Made by a program: the position numbers and the translations under genes. A stretch of DNA of 64,000 nucleotides from a virus. The stretch covers positions 5,568 to 69,567 of IMG/VR virus record IMGVR_UViG_3300009545_000003. The stretch is one strand, 5' to 3'. Below are positions 30,429-39,650 of this stretch, one piece after another (positions within the stretch are counted from its first letter, which is position 1; each line of letters starts with the position of its first letter). The notes beneath the pieces were generated by a model. It was not told the DNA's origin. It did no database searches and saw only the letters and a program-made list of their open reading frames with translations.

Positions 30429-30848
30429 ATGAGGAAAATTCTTGCCGTAGTTCTTTTAGCGGTAGCTTCACTTGCTGTTCAAGCACAGGCTACGCAAACA
30501 GCATCACTGAAATGGACTGAGCCAACAACTACTATTCCAGTTGGATTTCGTGTCTATCAGATTGCTCTAACTTCTACTCAAGCATCTTGCCCTGTATTTT
30601 CACAAACTACATGGAAACTTGCTCAGGATAGTATTCCTGCTACGCAACCAAATTGGGTAGTTCCTAATCTTCTTACTGGTACTACTTACTGCTTTGCTGT
30701 GACGGCCTATAACACCTTTGGAACGGGTACTGGTGGAGGAGGAGAATCTGGCCCATCAAATCTTCTAATGTTGCCGGACCCTACATCAGGAGGAGGCACG
30801 GCAGGCACGCCACCTTCTCCAACAACATTAAACGGAACACGTCAATAA
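30429..30848 (+). CDS. secreted fibronectin type III domain protein
   Basis: Signal peptide; LKW...GFRVY...L..GTTYCFAVTAYN..GES.PSN. Confidence 0.8.
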   Translation: MRKILAVVLLAVASLAVQAQATQTASLKWTEPTTTIPVGFRVYQIALTSTQASCPVFSQTTWKLAQDSIPATQPNWVVPNLLTGTTYCFAVTAYNTFGTGTGGGGESGPSNLLMLPDPTSGGGTAGTPPSPTTLNGTRQ

Positions 30849-30872
30849 TGCTAGCGGGGGTAAGGAGATAGA

Positions 30873-31202
30873 ATGGGAGTATTTTTTGAGAAGGCAATAG
30901 TAAACTGGAAGTCAACTGTTCAAGGCATCCTAACAGCACTTCTCGGGACGACAGGTCCACTCTCGGCTTTTCTAGCTGCTCTTCAAGCTATTAAGCAAGC
31001 CGCCAATCAGGGAGCAGCTGACTATCGACTTGCTATTTGGGGTGCGGGACTTACTTGTCTTGCTGCTACTCTAAAGGTGTGGCTCGGTTTGATTTCAAAT
31101 GACGCGAAGCCTTCGGCGACTTCATCTGTCACTATTGAATCTACCTCACCGATTGTTGTACCACCTGTCGCAGTTGAAACGCCGACGGAGAAAAAACAAT
31201 GA
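30873..31202 (+). CDS. two-TM membrane protein (holin-like)
   Basis: NWKSTV.G motif; two hydrophobic segments. Confidence 0.55.
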   Translation: MGVFFEKAIVNWKSTVQGILTALLGTTGPLSAFLAALQAIKQAANQGAADYRLAIWGAGLTCLAATLKVWLGLISNDAKPSATSSVTIESTSPIVVPPVAVETPTEKKQ

Positions 31203-31666
31203 AGAAATTTTTCTTTCTAGTACCTTTCGTACTCCTGCTTGCAGGTTGTCCGTCTGGCACTAATCAGCAGAAAGCAGCTAATGTCGCTAAAAACGTTGCA
31301 ACATTTGTGAAGCAAGCACAGAACACCGAAATCATGGTCTTTAATTCAGGACAATCTTGCTTGGTAAGTAATCCTGATGGTAAGGGCTGCATCGTCATTA
31401 CCCAAGAAGAGCATGTATTTCTTGAGCAGCAGTTCAAGGCTATCTTTACGCTAGACAACACATTGGATTCATGTATCAGAACATCAACTACTACTGCTGG
31501 AATTGTTCAGTGTGCTGATACTGCAGTGAATACAGTGGATGATTTGAATTCGCAGGGAGTACTCCAACTCAAATCAGATAAAGCACGATCCACATTCACA
31601 TCAGTAATCAGTGCGGTGAAACTCGGTATTCAGAGTATCTCAACAATTCTGGGAGGTGGTCAGTGA
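31199..31666 (+). CDS. lipoprotein (spanin-like or other)
   Basis: Lipobox LLAGC after hydrophobic leader; extra Cys pairs. Confidence 0.7.
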   Translation: MKKFFFLVPFVLLLAGCPSGTNQQKAANVAKNVATFVKQAQNTEIMVFNSGQSCLVSNPDGKGCIVITQEEHVFLEQQFKAIFTLDNTLDSCIRTSTTTAGIVQCADTAVNTVDDLNSQGVLQLKSDKARSTFTSVISAVKLGIQSISTILGGGQ

Positions 31667-31866
31667 ATCCAGCCACAGGTCTTTTGATTGCTCAACAACT
31701 GTTGACTTATCTACCACAGGCAATTGCGTCTTACAACGTTTTGAGGGCTGAACTTAAGGATGCTACTTTGCCTCCTGCAGAAGAACTTTTAGCAAAGGCG
31801 GACGCTATTAACAATGCTGGAATCGCTGATGCGGATGTTGAGATCAATAAGTATAAGAAGCCTTAA
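31663..31866 (+). CDS. small hypothetical protein ending the late operon
   Basis: GTGA overlap, GGAGG RBS. Confidence 0.6.
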   Translation: MNPATGLLIAQQLLTYLPQAIASYNVLRAELKDATLPPAEELLAKADAINNAGIADADVEINKYKKP

Positions 31867-31887
31867 GGCGGGAATCTTCCTGCTAAG

Positions 31888-31937
31888 AGTACGTGTATAG
31901 CACCATTATACTATATTCTCCTTGTTAGACACGTACT
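31888..31937 (+). ncRNA. candidate trans-acting antisense hairpin
   Basis: AGTACGTGT/ACACGTACT stem; 31903-31924 matches 39626-39647 at 21/22 nt. Confidence 0.55.
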
Positions 31938-31979
31938 ACGCCCTGCATCTCTTCGGAGGTGCAGGGCGTTCTTGTGTTT
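31938..31979 (+). terminator. terminator between convergent arms
   Basis: 14-bp stem with C(TTCG)G loop and T-rich tail. Confidence 0.85.
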
Positions 31980-32462
31980 CTACGCATTTTCAAGGGCCAC
32001 CTTAATCTCCAGAGCAGTCGGCTGATCTGGGTAGTGAAGAATACCTTCAATATCAGGAGCCGCGAAATCAGGTCCCTTTGGAGTTTTTGTCCCATATTTC
32101 TGACCCGGTTCCACAGGGGCCACCGTCTTTGTCATGTTAGACAGATGGACTTCTTTAAAGATTCTATCTGCTGGAATACCGTATGATACGTCAGTTCCCA
32201 CAAGAACATAAACAGAATCAGCTATTCCATCTGCTATCTCAGAAATGTTTTCTAGACTTGGATCAAAATCTCCAATATCAATTTGTACTGGAAATCCCAT
32301 GGCCATCAGTGTCTCTCTGACTTCTTCAACTATCAAAGAAACACGCAAACGTTTTACTTCAATCGGAATATCTAGTGTCGGTGTTTCGCTTACAAGATGC
32401 CCATACTTATTATGGAAATCTTTAAGCATCTGCTCCTGACTGTTCAATTTTAAGGCGATCAT
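31980..32462 (-). CDS. MazG-like/all-alpha NTP pyrophosphohydrolase
   Basis: FH, LIVEEVRE, EIADGIADSVYV, EVHLSNMTK and KGPDF motifs. Confidence 0.85.
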   Translation of the reverse strand: MIALKLNSQEQMLKDFHNKYGHLVSETPTLDIPIEVKRLRVSLIVEEVRETLMAMGFPVQIDIGDFDPSLENISEIADGIADSVYVLVGTDVSYGIPADRIFKEVHLSNMTKTVAPVEPGQKYGTKTPKGPDFAAPDIEGILHYPDQPTALEIKVALENA

Positions 32463-32928
32463 ACAGTTCCTTTCGTTTCTCCAGTCTGATTCGGTTAAAG
32501 GTTTCTACGCCATGCCCGTCTACGAGATAAGGGCCCTTGGGTAGCCAGATTAAAGGATTGTCATTACGTTTTCTATTGTATAACGCTAGTAAATCCAGGG
32601 GTATCAAGGCGGTTGTGCAAGCAACTGGATGATATATAATATATAAAACGGTTGCACACCGGGCCAGGCGTTTACAAACTTCGTACTGGCGCAGATCATT
32701 TACAGCATCCCAGGGCTGGCAAGACGGAACACCGTCATGAATCTGTATAGCGTCTTTTGCTTCATTAATCTTTATTTCAAAGAACGTCACTACCCCTGAA
32801 AATGCATGGTATGAATCAGGTAAACCAAGAGTAGTGCGGTCACTGCTTTTGATCACAGTGCCGCCTATCTCTTGTTTCACTCTATTAGAGAACGTCGCAT
32901 TGAAGTAGTTCTCTCTCACTCTAACCAC
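32422..32928 (-). CDS. PD-(D/E)xK nuclease (VRR-NUC/Holliday junction resolvase-like)
   Basis: E..F, GLPD, FFEIK and Q motifs. Confidence 0.7.
   Translation of the reverse strand: MVRVRENYFNATFSNRVKQEIGGTVIKSSDRTTLGLPDSYHAFSGVVTFFEIKINEAKDAIQIHDGVPSCQPWDAVNDLRQYEVCKRLARCATVLYIIYHPVACTTALIPLDLLALYNRKRNDNPLIWLPKGPYLVDGHGVETFNRIRLEKRKELYDRLKIEQSGADA
32591..32658 (-). repeat. dispersed palindrome element, copy 2 (degenerate, intragenic)
   Basis: TGTGCAA 32614...TTGCACA 32658 with CTGGATGATA core; AAATCCAGGG box on the left. Confidence 0.6.
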
Positions 32929-33058
32929 CTTTTACTGCATCTAGAGCACATCCATCCATTTTCAATCTTATCCCACTCTGTCCAACAGTGAACAAAGAAA
33001 CACCAGGCATAAGAACAAAGTGTTAAGATTCCTTCGAGTAGAATTACAATAGCGTACT

Positions 33059-34057
33059 TCACTTTTTCATCAACCTTTCCAACGTTTCCATGGCCTGCTC
33101 TTTCGTACTTAAATTTGTGTTGAGCCAGTCACGCTGACCTTCAACTCGACGAGTATATTCTGGGAGTCCGTATTCTTGCTCAAACTGTTGCGGATTTCCT
33201 CGAAAAGATTCTCCCATAGTGGCCGCGTCGGCTGGATCAGAGTACACAGGACTTTCTGCCCATACCGCATTAAGATAGCGCGTTCTCCACCAACCAGATC
33301 CTGCGCTTGGGTATCCTGCTGAAAGAATCCCAAAGCAGTCAGCGAAAAGCTGGACAGTTTGATCTTCTGTAAGTTGTGCTCCAAGATTCTTGTTTCCAAC
33401 ATATTCCACGGGGAAACTAAATCGTTGTCTATTGATCCAAGAAGAGTGATTGGATAAAGCAGCCATAACCCATTTTCTTTGTTTTTCATGAGGCTCAGGC
33501 ACTGTGACTGAAGGGTACTTGAGCCAATGGCTTGGGTCAACTGTATGGAGATGTGCATGTATGTTCTCCCTCATCAAAAAATCGTGATCTCCCCAAGGAA
33601 ACATGGGGGCTAGTACAGGTGCATTGTTTCCTGCGTTGTCTATCCTAGACAGAAGATCAATAGACTTTCGTGTGTCTTCGAGAACATTTTCTTTATATGG
33701 GAAATTCTTATAGCTTAGGTAATCTCCCCATCTTCCCAAAGCATACTTAGCAGACTTACCGAAATTACAGAAACTCCAATCATCTGCAAACCAACAGAAT
33801 CTACTACCCATGATATTGGCTACGTAGTGAGTCTCAGGAACCTTACCGGCAGTTATTGAATTCAGAGGAGCTAGGCCTAGAAATGCATAGTCATAGACAT
33901 ACTCTATGTTCTCACCTATGTCTATAGCTATCCTATGAACCTCATGACCCATTTCCTTCAGAATTTCTTCTAGGAGATATACGAAAGTTACGTAATCTCT
34001 ACGGATTCTCGTAGAACCGAACATGCGATTCGTGTACCCTGTGATGAGTATCTTCAT
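33059..34057 (-). CDS. GT-B glycosyltransferase resembling T4 DNA beta-glucosyltransferase
   Basis: N-terminus MKILITG...L.EMGHEV, YDY, FADD, VEYVGN, R.LNA and the C-terminal Q.D.LN helix parallel T4 BGT as recalled. Confidence 0.6.
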   Translation of the reverse strand: MKILITGYTNRMFGSTRIRRDYVTFVYLLEEILKEMGHEVHRIAIDIGENIEYVYDYAFLGLAPLNSITAGKVPETHYVANIMGSRFCWFADDWSFCNFGKSAKYALGRWGDYLSYKNFPYKENVLEDTRKSIDLLSRIDNAGNNAPVLAPMFPWGDHDFLMRENIHAHLHTVDPSHWLKYPSVTVPEPHEKQRKWVMAALSNHSSWINRQRFSFPVEYVGNKNLGAQLTEDQTVQLFADCFGILSAGYPSAGSGWWRTRYLNAVWAESPVYSDPADAATMGESFRGNPQQFEQEYGLPEYTRRVEGQRDWLNTNLSTKEQAMETLERLMKK

Positions 34058-34263
34058 TTTAAGTCCTTAAGCTCCTCTCCACACTCTTTGCACCACCAAC
34101 CATCTGCTGGTGTGTAGCCTTTAATTCTGTGTCTACAAGTATCAGGATTATTGACATATCCTGCTTTTCTAAACACATGATCAGGATGCCAGGTCCTGAA
34201 TTCTGGAAGAGGTATTCCTGGCGCTAGTATCTCAGGTCCAGTGTTCTTTGGAAGTTCCTTCAC
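34054..34263 (-). CDS. small Zn-ribbon-like protein
   Basis: CRH...WCKECG; ATGA overlaps. Confidence 0.5.
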   Translation of the reverse strand: MKELPKNTGPEILAPGIPLPEFRTWHPDHVFRKAGYVNNPDTCRHRIKGYTPADGWWCKECGEELKDLK

Positions 34264-34619
34264 TTTACCTCTCCATTTGTGAGACAGTCTAGTTTACCTA
34301 TGGTCTGAAGCAGAATTAACCCGTGGTTAGAAATCGTAGAAAACCCCTCAAATCTCATAGCTAACCCTGCAGAGATTAAACTATCTCTACCATACTTACT
34401 GGAGATAAAACCATCCCATTTGATACCTGAACGAAACTGAAGAAGAACTTCTTTTTCAGCTCCTGACATTTCATTCCAAATGTCTTCTGCTTCTTTTTTC
34501 GTTAAAGCTTCCCATTTTACATTGTCAAGAAACATCGATTTCTCCTTCTGAATTCCATGAATTGTTATACTCCCATCATCGTTCAGACTTGCGTATTCTG
34601 TTCTCAATTTATCTGTCAT
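34260..34619 (-). CDS. hypothetical protein (start likely MTDKL)
   Basis: ATGA overlap with the polymerase stop. Confidence 0.5.
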   Translation of the reverse strand: MTDKLRTEYASLNDDGSITIHGIQKEKSMFLDNVKWEALTKKEAEDIWNEMSGAEKEVLLQFRSGIKWDGFISSKYGRDSLISAGLAMRFEGFSTISNHGLILLQTIGKLDCLTNGEVK

Positions 34620-36508
34620 TCTGTACATTCTTTCCAATTTTTCCCTGTAGCAACGTCCCACAAGAGTGGAACCCGACAACTGATCCTTTCATCTGGGGCT
34701 TCAAGCAGTTCTTTGAAATCTTTGACTCTCTCCGGATTACGTATGTCACCGTCGAGTTCATCGTGAACTGTAGCTCTAAGTAGGATTGTAAGAAATCTAC
34801 GGTTTCTAAATGTCTCCAGAAGCTTGACTTTGAGTGTGTCAGCGGCGGTACCCTGAATGATAGCGTTAAGGGCCGTATGGAGACGTTGGCCATCTGGGTA
34901 TCTTCTTCGTCTACCCATTCGCGTACGCACATACTTTCTATTTTTAGCGACCGACATTGCTTCTTTAGAAAGATTTCTAGCTTCTGGAAAACGTTCATCA
35001 TACTGATCCGCAATCTCGAATGCTTTGTGCATTCGGCAGGTAGAGGTGTGCTTTTTTCTATCCCACTGGGTATCTACGGGGCATCCACAATTACAGTGCA
35101 GTCCAAGCTTTCTGGCAAGCTTTGGTATTCCCATGGTATAGAGTTTACCGAAATTGTTATGCTTAGCGTCCTTTCTTTTCTGACCGAGGAGGTTGGCAAC
35201 GAGTTGATGAAAGTCCATGGTAGGATCAAGGTTGTACTCACGGATAAGTCTTTCGCTCTTAGAGTAATGGGCGAACCACCTAAATTCAATTTGGCTTGCG
35301 TCTGCAGCAACATACAAAGCTCCGTCTTCTGGAATGAAGAGTTCACGGACAATCCATGCCGCGATCTCTGCTTCCTCTAACTGATTTTCGACCTTCATTA
35401 CCTGCTGAATGTTACAACCTCTTTGATCACGTCCTCCAGAGGAAGCGTAACGTCCAGTTACTGTGCCGTACTCATCGCCACGAAGTTGATGAAGAGTGTA
35501 TCGTAGAATGTTCTTAAAGTCTAAGAGTCTACGATACTTCTTCAGATATTTCGAATTCAGTGAATGAAGCTTACGTGCCGCTATACAGGCTCGAACTACA
35601 GGATGATCAACCTGAGAGATGTACTCTTCGCCAAAAGTAACTTCGCCGCCAAGTTCTTCTTCAAATCTTGGATATTCAATACTAAGCATATCAAAGACTT
35701 TTCGAAGATCTTTCGGAGAGTTTGGGTTAACCCTTAATCCTGTAGCCCTCCAGATAGACAATATAGCTTCTTGATGAGCTAACTCAACCTCTTTGATCCA
35801 GCGATCTAGTTTAGCTACATCTATCCTAGCTCCCGTTGCCTCCATCGAAGCCGTACAGAAAATCAACTGATCTTCTAAATCACAGACGGCATTTAAGCCT
35901 TGAGAATCGATTTCGGGTTGCTGCCCAAGATCTAGTTCTAAATGTAGTTTAGCGTCATTCTCAGCATATGGACCAATCTCAGCTGCTGAACAATCAAAGA
36001 TGTCTGTGGGTCGTACCCCTGAATCTACTTTCCCCTTTCCAAGAATATCTTGGGAAAGTTCTTCTAAGTTGTATCTCCTTCGATTTTCGTCTAGTAACGC
36101 GGCCTTAAACGCGGGATCGTGTAACTTGCAATCAAGTTCTTCAAAGTCCACTCCCCAACGCGTAATGGCTTGATAATCTCCCTTAGCATTGAGTATAGAG
36201 AGATGTCTTCCTCGCAATTCATTTTTCGACCAACGACGAACGACGTTCTCATCTAGATTTCCTCCGCCTCGGTGACCCACTGGGAAATAATAAGTTTTCT
36301 TATCAGGAGTACAGATAGAAATTCCAGCTATTTGTGAATCAACTGCATTGTGTGTTATTGTTTTGTACTCAGAATCAAATCCAAAATGAAGATCCATCGG
36401 ATAACTAGAAAAAGAAGGTAGTTCGACAGGAGCTTTCCACCCTGTATCTGGATGGTGACCTGAGAACAAGTTCCCTACCATACCGGGTTTTGGCTTAATC
36501 CCTGCCAT
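34616..36508 (-). CDS. polA: DNA polymerase family A with 3'-5' exonuclease
   Basis: Exo FDSE and YAEND; TVTGRYASS; motif A DASQIEFR; motif B AKHNNFGKLY; motif C TVHDE. Confidence 0.95.
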   Translation of the reverse strand: MAGIKPKPGMVGNLFSGHHPDTGWKAPVELPSFSSYPMDLHFGFDSEYKTITHNAVDSQIAGISICTPDKKTYYFPVGHRGGGNLDENVVRRWSKNELRGRHLSILNAKGDYQAITRWGVDFEELDCKLHDPAFKAALLDENRRRYNLEELSQDILGKGKVDSGVRPTDIFDCSAAEIGPYAENDAKLHLELDLGQQPEIDSQGLNAVCDLEDQLIFCTASMEATGARIDVAKLDRWIKEVELAHQEAILSIWRATGLRVNPNSPKDLRKVFDMLSIEYPRFEEELGGEVTFGEEYISQVDHPVVRACIAARKLHSLNSKYLKKYRRLLDFKNILRYTLHQLRGDEYGTVTGRYASSGGRDQRGCNIQQVMKVENQLEEAEIAAWIVRELFIPEDGALYVAADASQIEFRWFAHYSKSERLIREYNLDPTMDFHQLVANLLGQKRKDAKHNNFGKLYTMGIPKLARKLGLHCNCGCPVDTQWDRKKHTSTCRMHKAFEIADQYDERFPEARNLSKEAMSVAKNRKYVRTRMGRRRRYPDGQRLHTALNAIIQGTAADTLKVKLLETFRNRRFLTILLRATVHDELDGDIRNPERVKDFKELLEAPDERISCRVPLLWDVATGKNWKECTE

Positions 36509-36944
36509 ATACTATTCCATCTACCTCAATCACGATCCCAGCTAGTAGAAGAACATCCAGTCCGCGTTCGTCAGCATACGACTGCTTAGCGAAAATAGTT
36601 TTGATCTTCGTATTAGCAATCATCTTAGCACAGACAAAACACGGAACACAAGTACAGTACATCGTATGAGCTAATTCAGGTCGAAGACATTGAAGTAACG
36701 CATTTTGCTCAGCATGAACTGCCATACAGTTTGACGTATCTCCGGGCTTATCTCCAGCACCCCGACAAGGGTGATCAGTGCAATGATCAAAATCGCTCGG
36801 AGGACCATTGTATCCTGTGGCGAGAATATGTCCTTCTTCATCTGTGATAATCGCTCCTACTGCTCTTCTAACGCATGTACTTCTAGAAGCAACCTGATCT
36901 AGAATGTTAAAGAAGTAAAGTACCTTACTTATCCGCAAGGACAT
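36495..36944 (-). CDS. dCMP deaminase
   Basis: RSTC.RR.VGA, TGYNG, HAEQNA and PC..CAK motifs. Confidence 0.93.
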   Translation of the reverse strand: MSLRISKVLYFFNILDQVASRSTCVRRAVGAIITDEEGHILATGYNGPPSDFDHCTDHPCRGAGDKPGDTSNCMAVHAEQNALLQCLRPELAHTMYCTCVPCFVCAKMIANTKIKTIFAKQSYADERGLDVLLLAGIVIEVDGIVYGRD

Positions 36945-37794
36945 GAAGCACCTCCAATGCTTGCTGTTTTGGCTTGGCTAGAATCTGAGCATAGTAAATC
37001 CATGGCTCGGGACCTTCCTTAAACATTTTGTCTGGAATGTCTAGCATGTTCTCAAAATCTTTATGAGTGATGGCTAGATACTTCTCATAAGCAAAATCAG
37101 GAGAACTTTGAGTACTTAGTTTCTTATCTGCAATAACTTCTAAAGCTGATTTCCAGTCTTTCTCATACAAGTGACTAGAGCCTAAATTGAATGTTACGGA
37201 ACCTACGATACAGCCAGTACGAAGACCTATCCAATTCGTAATTTGACTGAACGTGTAAAAATCGTATGGAAGACCAAGCCAAGCATCTGAACTTCTCATA
37301 TTAACTATTGCATGAAGTCTATGTCCAACATCATTCTTACGTATAAGCCACTGCACAGAAATAGTGCAGGGAATATCTTTTGAATCAGAAGGACTAGGTG
37401 TCCAGATCGTAGCTACTGCTTGTCTCGAATCAGGTTTTCTGAGTGTCTCCACTATGTATGGAATTTGAGGCATAAGTCTCGGTCCATACGCACCTGATAA
37501 GATGTGCCCATCATCTGAAAAAGTTCTCATGATACTGTTGTATTTCGCTATAGTGTCAACACCGTTTAAACCGGCCATGATCCAAATCCATTCAGCTACC
37601 ATGAATTTGTAGTTCAAATCTCTAACAGGAGATATGATAATGTTCTCAAGACCCCATTTAACTTCAACAGAAACGTTAAGGATTTCCCTTGTCTTCTGAT
37701 CTCTAGGTGAATACTCTTTACCTTCATCCAATAGAGTTTTAAGCAAAGTAACCCAAGCCTTCGTGATACTGAGTTCACTGATCAATTTCGCCAC
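36925..37794 (-). CDS. thymidylate synthase-fold enzyme, probable dCMP hydroxymethylase-type
   Basis: YGPR, SRQA, DIPCT catalytic Cys, MRSSD..LGLPYD (Asp at the specificity position), HLYE. Confidence 0.8.
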   Translation of the reverse strand: MAKLISELSITKAWVTLLKTLLDEGKEYSPRDQKTREILNVSVEVKWGLENIIISPVRDLNYKFMVAEWIWIMAGLNGVDTIAKYNSIMRTFSDDGHILSGAYGPRLMPQIPYIVETLRKPDSRQAVATIWTPSPSDSKDIPCTISVQWLIRKNDVGHRLHAIVNMRSSDAWLGLPYDFYTFSQITNWIGLRTGCIVGSVTFNLGSSHLYEKDWKSALEVIADKKLSTQSSPDFAYEKYLAITHKDFENMLDIPDKMFKEGPEPWIYYAQILAKPKQQALEVLHVLADK

Positions 37795-38716
37795 GTAGTA
37801 CCTCCTTGATGATGTTCGCCATATATTCTGGGTTACTTCCTTTGAATCGTTTCATGTAGGACGGATGAGCTATCTTATGAGTCTTGAACCTACAACCCTT
37901 AGGAAGCTTACATGTTCCTATAAGTTGATCGAACCATGATTTAGCCGGCCCTCCCATTAAGAACATGTGTTTCATCTCAGGAAAACTCCAAATGATTTCT
38001 TCTAGAGAATGAATTATGTCTCCATGAGGACCAAAGGCGTTTGAGAATGCTATGTCTTCTTCAGCTAGTTTTACCATCGAAATAGCCGTGTTGATATAGC
38101 CACTAGATCCATTCAAAGCAAAAAATGGAATATCAATAGAGGCGTGGTTAGGCTGATCTCCAATGAATACGTACTTAGCTGCAGGAGAACCTATAGCTCC
38201 ATTTGGAAGATATCGGTAAGTTTGATTCACATGAAATAGAACGTATTCCACATGATGCTTCGTGTAGTCGAAGATCTTCCAATTCATCACATGATCTAGT
38301 TCCCAGTACTTGTCACATATCCTGTGAAACTTGTCCCAGCCGTACCTTTCAAAATCCGCTGTGTTTAGTCTGAAGTTATCATCTAAAACTTTCTGTTTCG
38401 GCATACACAGAAACTGGAAGATGGGCCGACTAGACGCTAGTCTTTTGAATAGCTTCAAACCTTCCCAACCACCTATGGCGTCATAGTTTCTATGAATAGG
38501 GCCATACACTGCTTCTCCAGCGAACAACCTATCATGAACTATGTTTCTTGAATTTAGCAGAGAAAGATTCAGAATCTGTAGATAGTGTTCAACAACGTTT
38601 GCGCCTTTTGGCGGAGGTCCTTCATGGCGATATTCCCAACCAAGTGCCTGGAGTTTTTCAGCAAGAGTAGTTTTCCCGCTACCGTCAGGTCCTTCTAGAA
38701 CTATAACCTTAGCCAT
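37775..38716 (-). CDS. dNMP kinase fused to uracil-DNA-glycosylase-superfamily domain
   Basis: LEGPDGSGKTT, HDR..GE.VYG; C-terminal GSP.AKYVFIGDQP..PF..SG..N..HPSY. Confidence 0.75.
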   Translation of the reverse strand: MAKVIVLEGPDGSGKTTLAEKLQALGWEYRHEGPPPKGANVVEHYLQILNLSLLNSRNIVHDRLFAGEAVYGPIHRNYDAIGGWEGLKLFKRLASSRPIFQFLCMPKQKVLDDNFRLNTADFERYGWDKFHRICDKYWELDHVMNWKIFDYTKHHVEYVLFHVNQTYRYLPNGAIGSPAAKYVFIGDQPNHASIDIPFFALNGSSGYINTAISMVKLAEEDIAFSNAFGPHGDIIHSLEEIIWSFPEMKHMFLMGGPAKSWFDQLIGTCKLPKGCRFKTHKIAHPSYMKRFKGSNPEYMANIIKEVLRGEIDQ

Positions 38717-39071
38717 TCTTTTCCTCCGGAAGAGCCCACAAAGAAATGAACTGACAAACATTACAATAGACGTGAAGATGCTGTTCTGTCACGCCAGCAC
38801 AGTTACAGATGTGAGTATGCTCTCCTAGAGGGGTTTTGCATTTTACTTCTGGGGGCTGATTTCCTTCACAGTATTGCGAACTGAATTTTCTTCTTTTCTT
38901 AAGAGAAAAGAAGTTATCCATAGCAAAGCATTTAGGACATTCAATGAATGCTATTCTGTTCGCAGTATAAGGACCATATGCTGTTTTAATTGATGGAAAC
39001 TTGCGGACGGCCATGCTAGGAAGAAGCGCGTCGAACGAATCATTATCCATAGATCCTCGTGTAAAGTTCAC
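38709..39071 (-). CDS. Cys-rich Zn-finger protein
   Basis: CPKC, C.C...HLH..CNVC. Confidence 0.55.
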   Translation of the reverse strand: MNFTRGSMDNDSFDALLPSMAVRKFPSIKTAYGPYTANRIAFIECPKCFAMDNFFSLKKRRKFSSQYCEGNQPPEVKCKTPLGEHTHICNCAGVTEQHLHVYCNVCQFISLWALPEEKNG

Positions 39072-39121
39072 ACCAGAGGTTGATCGTAATCGATCAGCTG
39101 AGATGTTTGGTTTAAAGGGGT

Positions 39122-39197
39122 ACGGGGTGAGGAGCCTTTCGACTCAACCCACCCCGCAGACTAGCACACAGTAAGGAGAACTCAAACTGTGTACTAG
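39122..39197 (-). other. tandem RNA hairpins after the wHTH gene: anti-SD loop hairpin then GC-rich GAAA hairpin
   Basis: 12-bp stem with loop TTGAGTTCTCCTT; G-U wobbles favour the minus strand. Confidence 0.65.
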
Positions 39198-39200
39198 AAG

Positions 39201-39629
39201 TTAAGCAGCTGCAACAACTGAGGAAGCAGGAACTTCGGTAGCTGCTGGAGCCGGCGTAACATGCTCATCGACAATCTTGAGCGTCTTCATCTGCTTGAGG
39301 TGCCACTCTGTAGAAGCCTCAACCGGATGCTTCGACTGAAGACCTTCAACATTCTTTGCGATCTCAGCTACGCTGAAGAATTTGTCTTCACCCTGTGCAG
39401 CAGCGAGTTTCTGCATTGACTTCACAACCGCTGCGCGTTGTCCAGAAAACTTGCTCACGTCAACACCTTGCAGAAGACGATAGCTCGCAGAACCCTTAGC
39501 CACGCGGGGCTTCTTTTCTTTCGCAGGAGCATCTACCGAAGTAGTTGCTGTCTGAGCTGCCTTCGGCGCTTCTGCCGCTACCTTGTCGCCAGTCTTCTGC
39601 TTGCCCTTGACTTCAGTCTCGTTTGCCAT
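39201..39629 (-). CDS. winged-helix-like DNA-binding protein (paralog 3 of 4)
   Basis: SYRLL...FSGQR...EASTEWHLKQM; Lys/Ala-rich N-tail; AAGGAGAA RBS. Confidence 0.65.
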   Translation of the reverse strand: MANETEVKGKQKTGDKVAAEAPKAAQTATTSVDAPAKEKKPRVAKGSASYRLLQGVDVSKFSGQRAAVVKSMQKLAAAQGEDKFFSVAEIAKNVEGLQSKHPVEASTEWHLKQMKTLKIVDEHVTPAPAATEVPASSVVAAA

Positions 39630-39650
39630 TATCCTATATTCTCCTTGGCT

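Noticed and set aside
36925-37794. Ordinary thyA or dUMP hydroxymethylase call
   Set aside because: Asp rather than Asn at the specificity position, and a separate ThyX is present
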